Source: Macrostomum lignano (lineage: Eukaryota). From it: DNA of 64,000 bases. The notes under the pieces were generated by a model, which was not told the origin of the DNA, searched no databases, and saw nothing but the letters and a program-made list of their open reading frames with translations. The DNA lies in NCBI GenBank assembly GCA_002269645.1, contig NIVC01000309.1, positions 1-64,000 of the forward strand, read 5' to 3'. The position numbers and the translations under genes are program-made. This document shows, in pieces, positions 1 to 10,787 of this stretch (within the stretch, counting starts at the first letter, position 1; every line of letters begins with the position of its first letter).

Positions 1-146
1 ACGTTGTTACCGGTAAAACTCGAAATTAAAATATGAAATTAGCTAAAAATATTCTTTTTGTTTTATCTAGATTCCTCCAATGGACGTTTGCTGAACTTTG
101 AAAATCTACTTTCAACGTTTGATTCCGGCACATTAACTTGGGGGTG

Positions 147-167
147 GAGAGAGAGAGGAGAGAGAGA

Positions 168-226
<59 letters not shown>

Positions 227-682
227 CACCTCCAATCTCAGGCACTGACACTGTGAAAAGGACTGAAATAAGTCAATTTTTTTTGAGTAGCCGATATTTC
301 GAAATTAAGCCTGAGAGAGAGAGAAGAGAAGCGAGAGAGAGAGGGAGAGAGAGAGAGAGAGAAGAGAGAGAGAGAAGAGAGAGAGAGAGGGAGAGGAGAG
401 AGAGGGAGGGATGAGAGGGAGGAGAGAGAGAGGGAGAGAGAGGGAGAGAGAGGGAGAGAGGGAGAGAGGGAGAGAGAGAGAGGGAGAGAGAGGGAGAGGA
501 GAGAGAGAGGAGAAGAGAGGGAGAGAGGGAGAGAGGGAGAGAGAGAGAGAGGGAGAGAGAGAGGGGGAGAGAGAGAGAGAGAGGAGAGAGGAGAGGAGAG
601 GAGAGAGGGAGAGAGGGAGAGAGGGAGAGAGAGAGGAGAGAGAGAGAGAGAGGGGAGAGAGAGAGAGAGGGAGAGAGAGAGA

Positions 683-722
<40 letters not shown>
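147..722. repeat. Imperfect (GA)n/(GGA) purine microsatellite, two blocks
   Basis: Direct inspection. Confidence 0.95.
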
Positions 723-725
<3 letters not shown>

Positions 726-1767
726 TAGCGCAAAAAGACCGACTGTATGGTTTACTGGAGTTTGGGCCATAGACAACAAAGCTTCAAACAGGCCTGGGGA
801 TTAAGAGGGCAGAAAGGAAGGAGATGTGGAGAGAGACAGAGAATACAACGTGAATTGTTACATTCCATTAACAATGGAGAACCAGAGCTCCATCGTGCAA
901 GAAACAGTGAATGTGTCTGGTGGTTTTCAGGTGAATGTTCGGTGTATTGTTTATTATGAACAACTGTACTTTTAACAGTTGCAATCTGTGATGAGGTTTA
1001 CGGTCACTTTAATTTTAAGCAGTGCCCAAAGATGGTTCCTTTCAGACTTCCTGAGAGGAACTAATAGTACCTATCAAAACAAACAGAATGGATCGTCAGG
1101 TGCATTTCTAGTATAATTAATACAAAAGTACATTTACTAGTGAAAGGGTGCTTCAATAATAAGGAATATAAAATGAAACAAAAGTTCACAACGCTTAAAA
1201 AGCTTCCAAAAATCCTCCTCAGTTCCAAAGCAGCTCAGTTTGGCAACAACCCAGCTTTTTGCGCAGTCAAAAATGACAAATATGGATTTGACAGTTGGTC
1301 GGCAAATAGCGTACATGCGTGTGGGCGTGTTTCTCAGCATCAAGTGGCGGCTGCACAGGCTCTGGAACGCTATTTGCTTGCTGTATGATCGTATTAAAGG
1401 AGAGAGAGACAAGTTGTAGTTAGTAGGGCTGGTTAGACAGTTTTGCATGTAAAAAAATTGGGTAAATAATTACTTGTCCATATAGATGGACAGCTGAAGC
1501 AAAAAGGAGCTGCATTTTCAGATCGTAAAAATTGTTAACACACTATAGAGATGTGACCACCTGTAATATAAGCTCGATAAACTTTTTGTAATCATCCATA
1601 CAGAAAATACATACTTGAAACTTATTTTAAAATTGTTCGTTTTTAAGCTTAGTGATCCATTCAATACACCCAGAAGTATTATTGCTCTCTTCCACCAGTA
1701 AATAAATCACTCACTCAGTAAATAAATAAATAAAACAGTCATATCGATTTATTGTACAACAGCTTAC

Positions 1768-1851
1768 CACAATTTTGCTGGATATGATGTCGATATAAGA
1801 CCCCAGCACGATGACGAAATCTAGCACGTTCCATAGGTCGCTGAAGTAGTT
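1768..1851 (-). CDS. Cav1: Cav1 exon 19 (IVS3, 84 nt); gene continues beyond the window start
   Basis: ttttag|[28 protein letters not shown]|GTAAG; equivalent to vertebrate CACNA1C exon 31/32. Confidence 0.92.
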
Positions 1852-1921
1852 CTAAAATGTGAGAATAGGAGCCTCGCTATAAATTAACACATCATGATAT
1901 TGGAGCACTAAACGTTGCTCG

Positions 1922-2424
1922 CAGGGGCGTCGGCACCGGGGGGACAGAGGGGACAGGACCCCCGAGTAAAAGCTTTGTCCCCCCACCCAACCTTGTGACC
2001 CGTTATGTAAATCAATAGTTTTGCTTCAGGGTGCTTGCGGCGCTAGAATGAGTGCTGGTGGCGCTAGAATGAGTGCTTGCGGCGCTAGAATGAGTGCTTG
2101 CGGCGCTAGAATGAGTGCTTGCGGCGCTAGAATGAGTGCTGGCGGCGCTAGAATGAGTGTTTGCGGCGCTAGAATGAGTGCTTGCGGCGCTAGAATGAGT
2201 GCTTGCGGCGCTAGAATGAGTGCTTGCGGCGCTAGAATGAGTGCTTGCGGCGCTAGAATGAGTGCTTGCGGCGCTAGAATGAGTGCTTGCGGCGCTAGAA
2301 TGAGTGCCTGCAGTGCCAAAATATCTGCTGCGCTAAATGTGCGCTGACAACACAGATCATGTACATGTAAAGTAGAATTCTTGGCTGTGTCTACCCGACC
2401 ATAAAATTTATGCCGACGCCCCTG
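1922..2424. mobile_element. MITE (hAT-like termini) carrying an internal 21-bp minisatellite
   Basis: 14-bp TIRs CAGGGGCGTCGGCA (1922) and TGCCGACGCCCCTG (ends 2424); internal (GAGTGCTTGCGGCGCTAGAAT)n at about 2028-2312; TSD not clearly identifiable. Confidence 0.7.
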
Positions 2425-2625
2425 TTCTCACCGAGAAGAAATTAAGAAGGTAACAAATAAACAAAAATCAGTGATGTTGGTTAAGGTAGAGGTCACGAGG
2501 ACGTGACCCGCGTCACTGAGAAAAACAGGTTGACAATATTACAGCACCAATCACACTGCATGAGGTGGCTATGGATTAGCAGAGGGCTGGAGCACTAGCT
2601 TGACCTGCATGTATGCTCTACTTAC

Positions 2626-2736
2626 CCTAAAGCTAAATGCCACCAGCTTCAAAATGAACTCGATGGTGAAGATGGCGGTGAAGAGCATGTTGAAATAGTC
2701 AAGCACCGAGCTGTACGTTTCAGGCTGGCCTTCAAA
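2626..2736 (-). CDS. Cav1: Cav1 exon 18 (IVS2)
   Basis: FEGQPETYSSVLDYFNMLFTAIFTIEFILKLVAFSFR|GTAAG; 111 nt. Confidence 0.93.
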
Positions 2737-2943
2737 CTGCAATGATTGACATATGAACTCGTGTGAAAAATTTGAATAGAAATTATTAGCCTGGAATACA
2801 AATATACAAAGAAAGTAAGACACAAAGAGTCGAGCGACATAGCAAATGTATAGTGGCCCTTCCACACCAAAAATAAGTCTGTAACAAAAAACCAAAATTG
2901 CACAACTTCGAAGAAAACTTGTCTTCTTAACGGCAAAATGGTC

Positions 2944-3272
2944 CTCCCTAGGTAAAGCCACTTCCCTAGGTCGTATGAAGCGACTTCCCTAGGTCGTATA
3001 AAGCGACCTCCCTAGGTCGTATGAAGCGACTTCCCTAGGTCGTATAAAGCGACCTCCCTAGGTCGTATGAAGCGACCTCTCAATGTATATAAAGCGACTT
3101 CCCTAGGTCGTATGAAGCGACCTCCCTAGGTCGTATGAAGCGACCTCTCAATGTATATAAAGCGACTTCCCAAGGTCGTATGAAGCGACCTCCCTATGTA
3201 TATAAAGCCACTTCCCTAGGTCGAATGAAGCCACTTCCCTAGGTCGTATAAAGCGACCTCCCTAGGTCGCAT
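2944..3272. repeat. Minisatellite of 22-23-bp units, each containing a CGACCT-ccct-AGGTCG hairpin
   Basis: Repeated aagcgacc/ttccctaggtcgtat units. Confidence 0.85.
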
Positions 3273-3422
3273 ATGAAGCAACTTTCACGACTAGATGTGG
3301 GCACCCAAAGAGCTTTTCATGCACTATTTATTCACTTCAAAAAAAGAATTTTATGAAACCGAGAGAAACATGACAGCAGGTAATATATGGAGGCTTCAGA
3401 TAGGAAGTTAACCGGTACTAAC

Positions 3423-3581
3423 CTTCATAGCCAGCGCAATCGTGTTGAGCATGATCAGCAGAAAAATTCCGTATTCGAATGGCGTCGAGGTGACAAACCA
3501 CCAGATCTTGTACTGCAACCGTCGTTGCGGTATGTAGCGCCGCACTGGCTTGGCTTTTAACGCAAATTCGATGCACTTTCG
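3423..3581 (-). CDS. Cav1: Cav1 exon 17 (III-IV linker, IVS1)
   Basis: Not in the ORF track in this frame. gcag|[53 protein letters not shown]|GTTAGT; 159 nt. Confidence 0.93.
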
Positions 3582-4585
3582 CTGCATAAGAAAGAAGGAA
3601 GATCGGGATAATAAATTTAGGGTGTACTACTTGCATTAGCACGCAAAACAAGTGTACGCTGGTGTGTACTCGTACGGATATTGAGAAATCAGTCTGCTAA
3701 TACATAATACATACTTGATTTTTATGGAAATTTTTAATTTTGAAGAGTCAAGCTCGTACTGAAGGTCGTTAAATAATTTTCTCTTTTGTTTAGCTAACAT
3801 GTACTTACTATTATAGTAACTAAAAACGTATATTTCAAAGCAACATTCATACTGATTGTACAAAAAGAAAAGAGCATGTGAGCAAAGTAAAAAAGTGAAA
3901 TAATTGTTAACCAATTGCGATTTGACACAATAAATTTGAGCTGTGAGTAACGATTGTTGCTTCTAAAAGCAGTCTCACTGACACAAAACAACAATCTAAG
4001 GTGATCCAGTCGATCAAGTGCCAACACTTTGCAAAAGGAACCTGACATACTTTGTACTACATGTGTTGTCGACCCTGTGAATTGGTCGGTCGGTCTGAAC
4101 TGGATAAAGGAATGTAAAATGAGAAGCGCATGGAGCTGCAGGGGACGGCGACTTGGCGCAGATTAGCGGGGAACGAACCAATTTAATCCGGGGACCAACT
4201 GAGATCCGCACGCCCGACCCGAAAATCCAATCCCCATGCAGTTAGGAGCCTCATCGACCATTAAGGTTGGCGAATTAAATGTACTATTGCTCCACCGAGA
4301 GAGACTGGAATGAATTTTTGTCAAAGTACTTTTACCGTTCGATAGTTTTTAAGTCTGACAAAAAATATCGGTGTTCAATTATGAACAGAACTACAAGGGT
4401 AAATTTACCAGCCCTTGAATTGCACAGAAACAGCTATAGCTACAGATATTTATGCTCGAACAAGAGTAAAGGGCTCTGCAAACTTCTGCGGAACATCACT
4501 ACAACACTAGCCTAGTATCACAAGAGCAAGAAAAAATACTGATTTCCTAAATACATAAATTTGGCCAACAGATGTCATTCGTGTC

Positions 4586-5797
4586 TCATATCAGCCTCTC
4601 CTCGTTTGGCGGCCGGAGAATGTCCTGCATGCTTTGCTGTCCCGACTTGCCGCTGCCCAGCTCCCGATCGCTGGGCTTATAAACGCCTGTGTCCTTTCGT
4701 CGGTCGCGTATCACTTTAAAAGCTAAGCCAGCTGCAGTTCCGGCTAGCAGAACAAGTAGCAAACCCACTACTAGGCCGACTACCAGACGACTGTCTGCGG
4801 CTGGAGCCTGAGTTCCAGCCTCCACAGGCTCCGTTGTCTGAGCAGTCTGTGGCATCGTTGTCAGAGGCGGAGTCGTCGTTTGCAGAGTCGTCGCTAGCGG
4901 AGTCGTCGCTGGCGGAGTCGTCGCTGGCGGAGTCGAACAGTTGGCGCCGCTGTAACCGTCGGTACAGTTACAGGAGAAAGTCTCCAACGAAGCGATGCTA
5001 GTGCAGAATCCGTGCCCTGAGCAGGGCTCCAGGCCGATCGTGCTTGTGTTGCAGAAATCTCTAGCCTTTAAGCAAAAGTCGCCCCCGTAGCCGGTAGCGG
5101 TGCAGTTGCAGCTCGAGTGGAGGTTCCACTGAAGCCGGGGCAAGCAGCTGCCCCCGTTTGCACAGATGCAGGGGTCCTCATGGCAGCCAGCCAAAACACC
5201 GGAGCCATTCAATAGCTGCACATTCGTCACCTCGGCAATGGCATTATCCGAGGACTCAGTGACCGTCGCATTGGCAAGGCAACCTCTTAGTCCGTCGGTG
5301 CCATTAGTACCACCAAAGGTCATCACAGTCCAGTTGAATATCGCCGTTAATGCTGTCGTCGGATCTGCAAATACACGTAGCAGTTCAGCTCCATCCAAGC
5401 TGACAGTCACGTCGCTAGCATTGGCATCGAGTCTGATGCTGACAGAGTGCCAGTATCCGTCAGTAAGATTAACAGCAGCTTGGTTGCGACTGCCATTCGA
5501 AGGCCAATCAGCAGTCAGATGCTGGAAAGTTATGCCGAGGACCAGTTGCAGCATGCTGTTGGTTTCATTGTCCGTCGACGGTGCGTACAAGCCCCAGATG
5601 GACCAAGCCGGGTGTGACGCTCGAAACTCGAATGTTGCGACAGTTTCAATCGGGATTGCCGAAGCATTTTGGCGCGTCAGATTTGCAACGCCACTGACGT
5701 TAAATGTTGCGACATCGGCCGAAGCATTGGAAATTGGCTGTGTAACCAGAAACAGCACGCCGAAGCAGAAATACAGAAAAAATCGTTGAAGAAACAT
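4586..5797 (-). CDS. crb: Short intronless Crumbs-family protein (403 aa), nested in a Cav1 intron on the same strand
   Basis: Signal peptide; one LamG-like domain (LTDGYWHSVSI...FGG...LRGCL); two EGF repeats; Thr/Pro stalk; TM; tail with GVYKPSDRE (GxYxPxxxE FERM-binding motif) and C-terminal EERLI PDZ-binding motif. Confidence 0.88.
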   Translation of the reverse strand: MFLQRFFLYFCFGVLFLVTQPISNASADVATFNVSGVANLTRQNASAIPIETVATFEFRASHPAWSIWGLYAPSTDNETNSMLQLVLGITFQHLTADWPSNGSRNQAAVNLTDGYWHSVSIRLDANASDVTVSLDGAELLRVFADPTTALTAIFNWTVMTFGGTNGTDGLRGCLANATVTESSDNAIAEVTNVQLLNGSGVLAGCHEDPCICANGGSCLPRLQWNLHSSCNCTATGYGGDFCLKARDFCNTSTIGLEPCSGHGFCTSIASLETFSCNCTDGYSGANCSTPPATTPPATTPLATTLQTTTPPLTTMPQTAQTTEPVEAGTQAPAADSRLVVGLVVGLLLVLLAGTAAGLAFKVIRDRRKDTGVYKPSDRELGSGKSGQQSMQDILRPPNEERLI

Positions 5798-7142
5798 GCT
5801 TCTGCGCCTAACAATTCAACCGAAGCAAAAAAAGTCGTCAGAGCTATAGTTGCACGAAACAGTTGTTACGAATCTATCGCTTCAGTAGGCCGTAGTTGAG
5901 GTAAGCTATATAATCGCTTTCAAACTTGCTCGTTTACTCTCATGCTTAATTAGACGCAGGCTGAAGCATAATAATAGCTGCAATAGCCACGAAGTTCCAC
6001 GAGTGTCGTATGTCAGCACGGGCACGATAGAGAGTAGTAGTAGTACGTCTCTAGTCACGGAGGAAATGCGCCACACTGGTCGCCTTTTATAAGGTACGCT
6101 CGCCGTGGCCTTTCTCGCGAACAGCTAGCTGCTTTCCTTTGTATACACTTCTCTGTATACTCACTATAGCAGCCTGGCCTTCTCTCCAGACACTCACTAA
6201 TGCAGGGCAGAACTGACTGGACGGATTTGGCGAGCGAATCTCTCTTGCCAAAAGTTCTGTTGGTCATGCAGTACTCATGTCGTTTTTTCTTAATGCTTCT
6301 TTTTATTTTCACTCCTGCTTCGCAGAGAACACGGCCCACAGGGAAAGTTTTCTCTCGTTTTAGCTCATGTAAAATCGTTTTTATATCGGGCTGACGGACG
6401 CGGTCGATTGGGCTGAGTTAGCTGAGCAGAGCCGGGAGGTAGGGCTGAGAAGCTTTATGGGTAGAGAAAGGGAGTTGGCCTGGAGGGTTATTGGATGAAA
6501 GAACTGCAGCTTAGGGCGTGGAGATGTATGAGCTCATTCGCTTTCCTCCACTCTCTCCTGCCCTAACCGTCTCACCTGCTGAGCACATCCAGATGGTTTC
6601 TGTCAGACTTAACTGCGCACGACAATAGGCTCTATAATTTCGCGGGGGAGTGCTCGTTTCTCACCCTCAGGCCAGCGTGCATGGTCGCTTGGCGTGCATA
6701 CATGAGCATACATACGGAATGAGGCGCTTTGCATTCAGTGGCAGACTGAACTTGAGTAAGCAAATGATAGAAGAGATAATTATTTTCAGTGAAAAGGATG
6801 ACAGTTTTCTGTTGCAACCACTGCCTATTCTTTACTCCTTAATATCTGTATAATATGACATTAAGTAATTAAAGCTATCAAGCAAGATAAGGAGTCAGAG
6901 GCAAGCACGAGGGACTGTCAAAACAGTTGTGCATATACACGATAATGCAGACACGTTATTAGGAGGTGGGGCAGCTATGTACATGAATGGGGCAGTGGGG
7001 CTTCACCGCATTTTAACTGCTTTAACCCGTGCCCTAATTTAACAGCGCACATGTATAAACATTCTTGCTTGCCTAGATTGACTAAGGGACTGGAGAGTGG
7101 CATAATTTTAACCATTGTCAATTATAGAAGCTTGTCTAGCAG

Positions 7143-8031
7143 ATGTATCAAAGTCGAAGCCTTCTGAGGCAGCGCTCGCTACTTCAACGATCGCTATGCA
7201 CAGCAAAGTCGGGCACCCCAAACGGTCGATTCGACTGCGCAGTGATCGGTGCCGGACACAACGGCCTGGTGGCTGCCGCCTACTTGGCTGGCGCTGGTAA
7301 GAAAGTCTGCGTACTTGAACGGCGTCATGTGATCGGTGGCGCTGCCGTAACTGAAGAGATCGTGCCCGGGTTCAAGTTCAGCCGCTGCTCCTACGTGCTG
7401 AGCCTGCTGCGCCCGAAGGTGATGGAAGACCTTCAGCTAGAACGGCATGGCTTGGTCGTGTACACTCGCGACCCCAGCTCCTATACGCCTCTACTGGAGC
7501 CCGGGTCGAAAACTGGAGCTCAGTCACTTCTACTGGGCCGCGACCACGCGCGGACGCACAGGTCCATCGCCGCATTTTCGCCTCGCGACGCCGACCAGTT
7601 TGTCCGCTACGAAGAGCAGATGGGCCGCCTGGCAGCCAGTCTGGAGCCGCTGCTCGATAACCCGCCGTTCAACTTGCACCACCTGCTGGCATCAAGCGGA
7701 CTTCGCGCGAAAGCAAGGGAACTCGAACGGGCTAGACCGCTTTACCGGATGGCGTCTCAGCTCGGACCGCAGCTGCTGCAGCTCTACGAGCTGCTCACTG
7801 CGCCAACTTCTCGAATTCTGGATCGCTGGTTCGAGAGCGAGCCTTTGAAGGCCACTCTGGCCACGGACAGCGTCATCGGAGCAATGATTTCGCCGGACAC
7901 GCCTGGCAGCGGCTACGTACTACTGCATCACGTGATGGGCGGAGTGAACAATATCCCAGGAGCATGGGGCTTTGTCCACGGCGGTATGGGATCTGTTAGC
8001 AAAGCTATTGCCGAAAGTGCTCAAGCAAGAG
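7143..8031 (+). CDS. PYROXD2: PYROXD2-like FAD oxidoreductase (phytoene desaturase family), exon 1; nested antisense in a Cav1 intron
   Basis: FDCAVIGAGHNGLVAAAYLA Rossmann motif, ERRHVIGGAAVTEEIVPGFKFSRCSYVLSLLRP; Arg/Ser/Leu-rich N-terminus resembling a mitochondrial presequence; G|GTATG donor. Confidence 0.92.
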
Positions 8032-8117
8032 GTATGAAACTACAGGAACCAATTGCTATTAACGAGTAAACTTTGAAGCTCAATTTGATTTAAAACGCTT
8101 AAATCGTTTCTCCTCAG

Positions 8118-8561
8118 GTGCCAAGATATTCACCGATGCTCCGGTCTCTCATATCAAAGTAGTAAATGGCAAAACAGAAGGCGTTGTTCTTGCCGACGGC
8201 AGCGAAGTAGATGCGCCCGTGGTGTTGTCGAACGCCACGCCGAAGGTGACGTTCGAAAACCTGCTGCCGCCAGACTCTCTGCCCGAGGACGATTTTCTGG
8301 CCAGCGTACGGCGAATCGACTACGCCTCGCCAGTGACCAAAATCAACGTGGCCGTTTCCCGACTGCCAAACTTTCTCGCCGATCCCAATCCGGTGTCGGG
8401 CGACTGCCCGGACCATTTTCACGGCACCATTCACCTCAACTCCGACAGCTGCGCCATGATTGATACGGCCTACCGGGCCTGTCAGCAGGGCGGCTACGCT
8501 GATAGGCCGGTCATCGAGATGACTGTGCCCTCGTCGCTTGACGATAGTCTAGCTCCAAAAG
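8118..8561 (+). CDS. PYROXD2: PYROXD2-like exon 2
   Basis: ctcag|GT GCC AAG...VVLSNATP...YASPVTKINVAVSRLPNF...PVIEMTVPSSLDDSLAPK G|GTACG; phase 1 to 1. Confidence 0.9.
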
Positions 8562-8815
8562 GTACGCGGAAGATTGAGCATTTCTATACTAATATACTGC
8601 AGGTCTGGCTGGTTGACTGTCTCCAGAACTTGTTCTAGAAGCGTCCCAGAGGACTGTGCAAGAGAAGTTAGGCTTATCTGAAACGCCTCCCAAATGATTC
8701 AACACTGCTCATAGTTGACTTTATGAACCATGGAAACCACGTTTTCAATTAGCTTTTAATGCGTCTTCTCTCTGTAGGGGGTTTACCGGATAATCCTCGT
8801 CCTAATTACCAATAG

Positions 8816-9201
8816 GTGCACACGTGGTCCAGCTATTTACTCAGTACACACCAAAGCTGCTGCATGGCAAGCGGTGGACGCAGGAGGACAAGGACCGCTA
8901 CACCAGGACCGTGTTCAAATGCATCGACGACTACGCGCCCGGTTTCTCCGCCTCGGTTGTTGGCAGCGACATGCTGACTCCGCAGGACCTAGAAGAGACA
9001 TTCGGTCTCACCGGAGGCAACATCTTCCACGGCGGGATGTCGCTTGACCAGCTTTACTTCATGCGGCCAACCCCCGAGTACTGCGACTATCGCAGTCCGA
9101 TCGGCGGCCTCTACCTGTGCGGCAGCGGGGCTCACCCTGGTGGCGGCGTCATGGGTGCACCTGGACGGCTGTGCGCTTTGGAAGTGCTCAGAGACAGCTA
9201 A
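8816..9201 (+). CDS. PYROXD2: PYROXD2-like exon 3
   Basis: aatag|GT GCA CAC: [11 protein letters not shown]...[11 protein letters not shown]...[19 protein letters not shown], stop TAA. Confidence 0.9.
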
Positions 9202-9570
9202 ATGATGATCACTATTGAAGCCATTCATTTTGAATTCAATAGTTTCCTCTATTATTGAACCTCTATTTCTATTGGAATGGATTTTTTCGGTAATTATAGC
9301 AATATTTAGAATTATTCTATTTTTCAATAAGCAGATGTTAGAATTCGAAATTTATTTAATACATTTTAATAATCACTATACGAACGTAGGAGCAGTCTCA
9401 AAAATCCTTGTCTGAAATCGGTAATATTTTTATGGCTGATCCTGTAGGGTCAATACCAAACTACATCATAAGAATCAGCTGTTCTTGTCTTCAAAATGAA
9501 TCAGTGAATGAATGTATCTTGTCAGCCAAAAAGTAAATCATACAAAACAACAGGTCTGCAATGACGCAGA

Positions 9571-10011
9571 CTACAGTTCTTTCTTCTCAGCAGCGTCCTC
9601 GCTGCCAGGCTGCTTGGCGGCCTTCTTCGCCGCTTCGTCGGTGCCTTGAAGCGTCGGCAGCTCGTCGTACTCGCCCGGCTTGTGCGCCGCCTCGCAGGCG
9701 GAGTTGCACCGGGCGAACTCCTCCGCCAGCTCGTGCTCGCTGACGCACTCGCGCCGGCAAACCTGCAGCTTGCTGAGCCGCTTTGCGCGCATGATTTCTT
9801 GGAAAGCCTCCTCGGCTTCGGCGCGCAGCTTCGGATCCTCCGTGTTCATCAGCATCATGCGGTCGATCTCAGGGCCGGCCTTGGGGTCCTTCTTCATGAA
9901 GTCCATGTTGACGTCATCGGCGTCCGGGTAGAAGGCCAGAGCTGGGAGCGACAGCTGCGTGAGCAGCACCAGCAGCACCGGGAGGGTTTCTCTTCTAAAA
10001 GCCGGCCGCAT
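9571..10011 (-). CDS. Small secretory-pathway protein (146 aa; signal peptide, CX3C-X12-CX3C, C-terminal KKEL), nested in a Cav1 intron
   Basis: MRPAFRRETLPVLLVLLTQLSLPALA signal peptide; GC-rich coding-like composition against AT-rich flanks; ends AEKKEL-stop; minus-strand AATAAA at 9351-9356. An upstream in-frame ATG exists at 10059. Confidence 0.75.
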   Translation of the reverse strand: MRPAFRRETLPVLLVLLTQLSLPALAFYPDADDVNMDFMKKDPKAGPEIDRMMLMNTEDPKLRAEAEEAFQEIMRAKRLSKLQVCRRECVSEHELAEEFARCNSACEAAHKPGEYDELPTLQGTDEAAKKAAKQPGSEDAAEKKEL

Positions 10012-10645
10012 TTCCAAGACAGACGGGTATATCAAACTTTCAAATCGGGTAGCTCGCATGTTGGACCGGTTTTCAGCATTTTTATACCGGCTTGCCAGCT
10101 GATCTCAGTGTCCAATTGCAACGCGACCCGTCATGCCACATCAACACAGAGCAGGTGCGCCGTTCGATAGGAGAACTTTGGGACATTTAGTTTTCCCAAT
10201 TGCAGTCTGTTCAAACACGCTGGTTCTCTATTTGATTTCAGTTGCTTCGATTCTGTCACAATCCAGCGCATTGTTCAACCATAAAGGTAAACACACGCCG
10301 ATTGTGTTTAAACAGTTCACTTCGTATTACTTGACATTGAGCGAGAGTTATTTATGCAAGCCACCCATAGTCCATAGGGATTTCAAGCTGCCAGATTTTA
10401 AGCAGAGCCACCATTGACTTAGAAGCCTTAGCGCTCGATAATATCAGCATTTTCCAAGTCAATTTTTTCGATTTTCTAACTCAGTATACTTGAAGACGTC
10501 TGTTTCCAGGACTTTGATAAGTAATTCGGCGCTCACGATTTATACTAATAGCTTCCTCAAAATGCATGTTTAGTCTTCTACATAATGTGCAGCCAGTTCT
10601 TCATATCATCTACAAAGCCGCTCCCCATTTCGGTTGGGCTGGATA

Positions 10646-10787
10646 GGCTTTTCATAGCGGCCATAGTCTATGGCCAGCCTTGCCGGGCTGGAGGGGCTTT
10701 TCATAGCGGCCATAGTCTATGGCCAGCCTTGCCGGGCTGGAGGGGCTTTTCATAGCGGGCATAGTCTATGGCCAGCCTTGCCGGGCG
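10646..10787. repeat. Three copies of a 49-bp unit containing palindrome GGCCATAG-T-CTATGGCC
   Basis: Units start at 10646, 10695 and 10744. Confidence 0.85.

Noticed and set aside
1137-1448. Possible decayed LINE zinc-binding (zf-RVT-like) fragment
   Set aside because: Only a vague Cys/Trp pattern with the key residues missing; too weak to call without a profile search.
1852-2625. Second copy of the IVS3 exon (vertebrate 31/32-type pair); likewise a second IIIS2 exon near 14412
   Set aside because: No paralogous exon found in the flanking introns within this window; one could still lie left of position 1.
5166-5789. 207-aa plus-strand ORF and similar shadow ORFs (9646-10170, 16426-17209, 17590-17904, 28660-28914)
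   Set aside because: Antisense shadows of GC-rich real coding exons, with no independent protein features.
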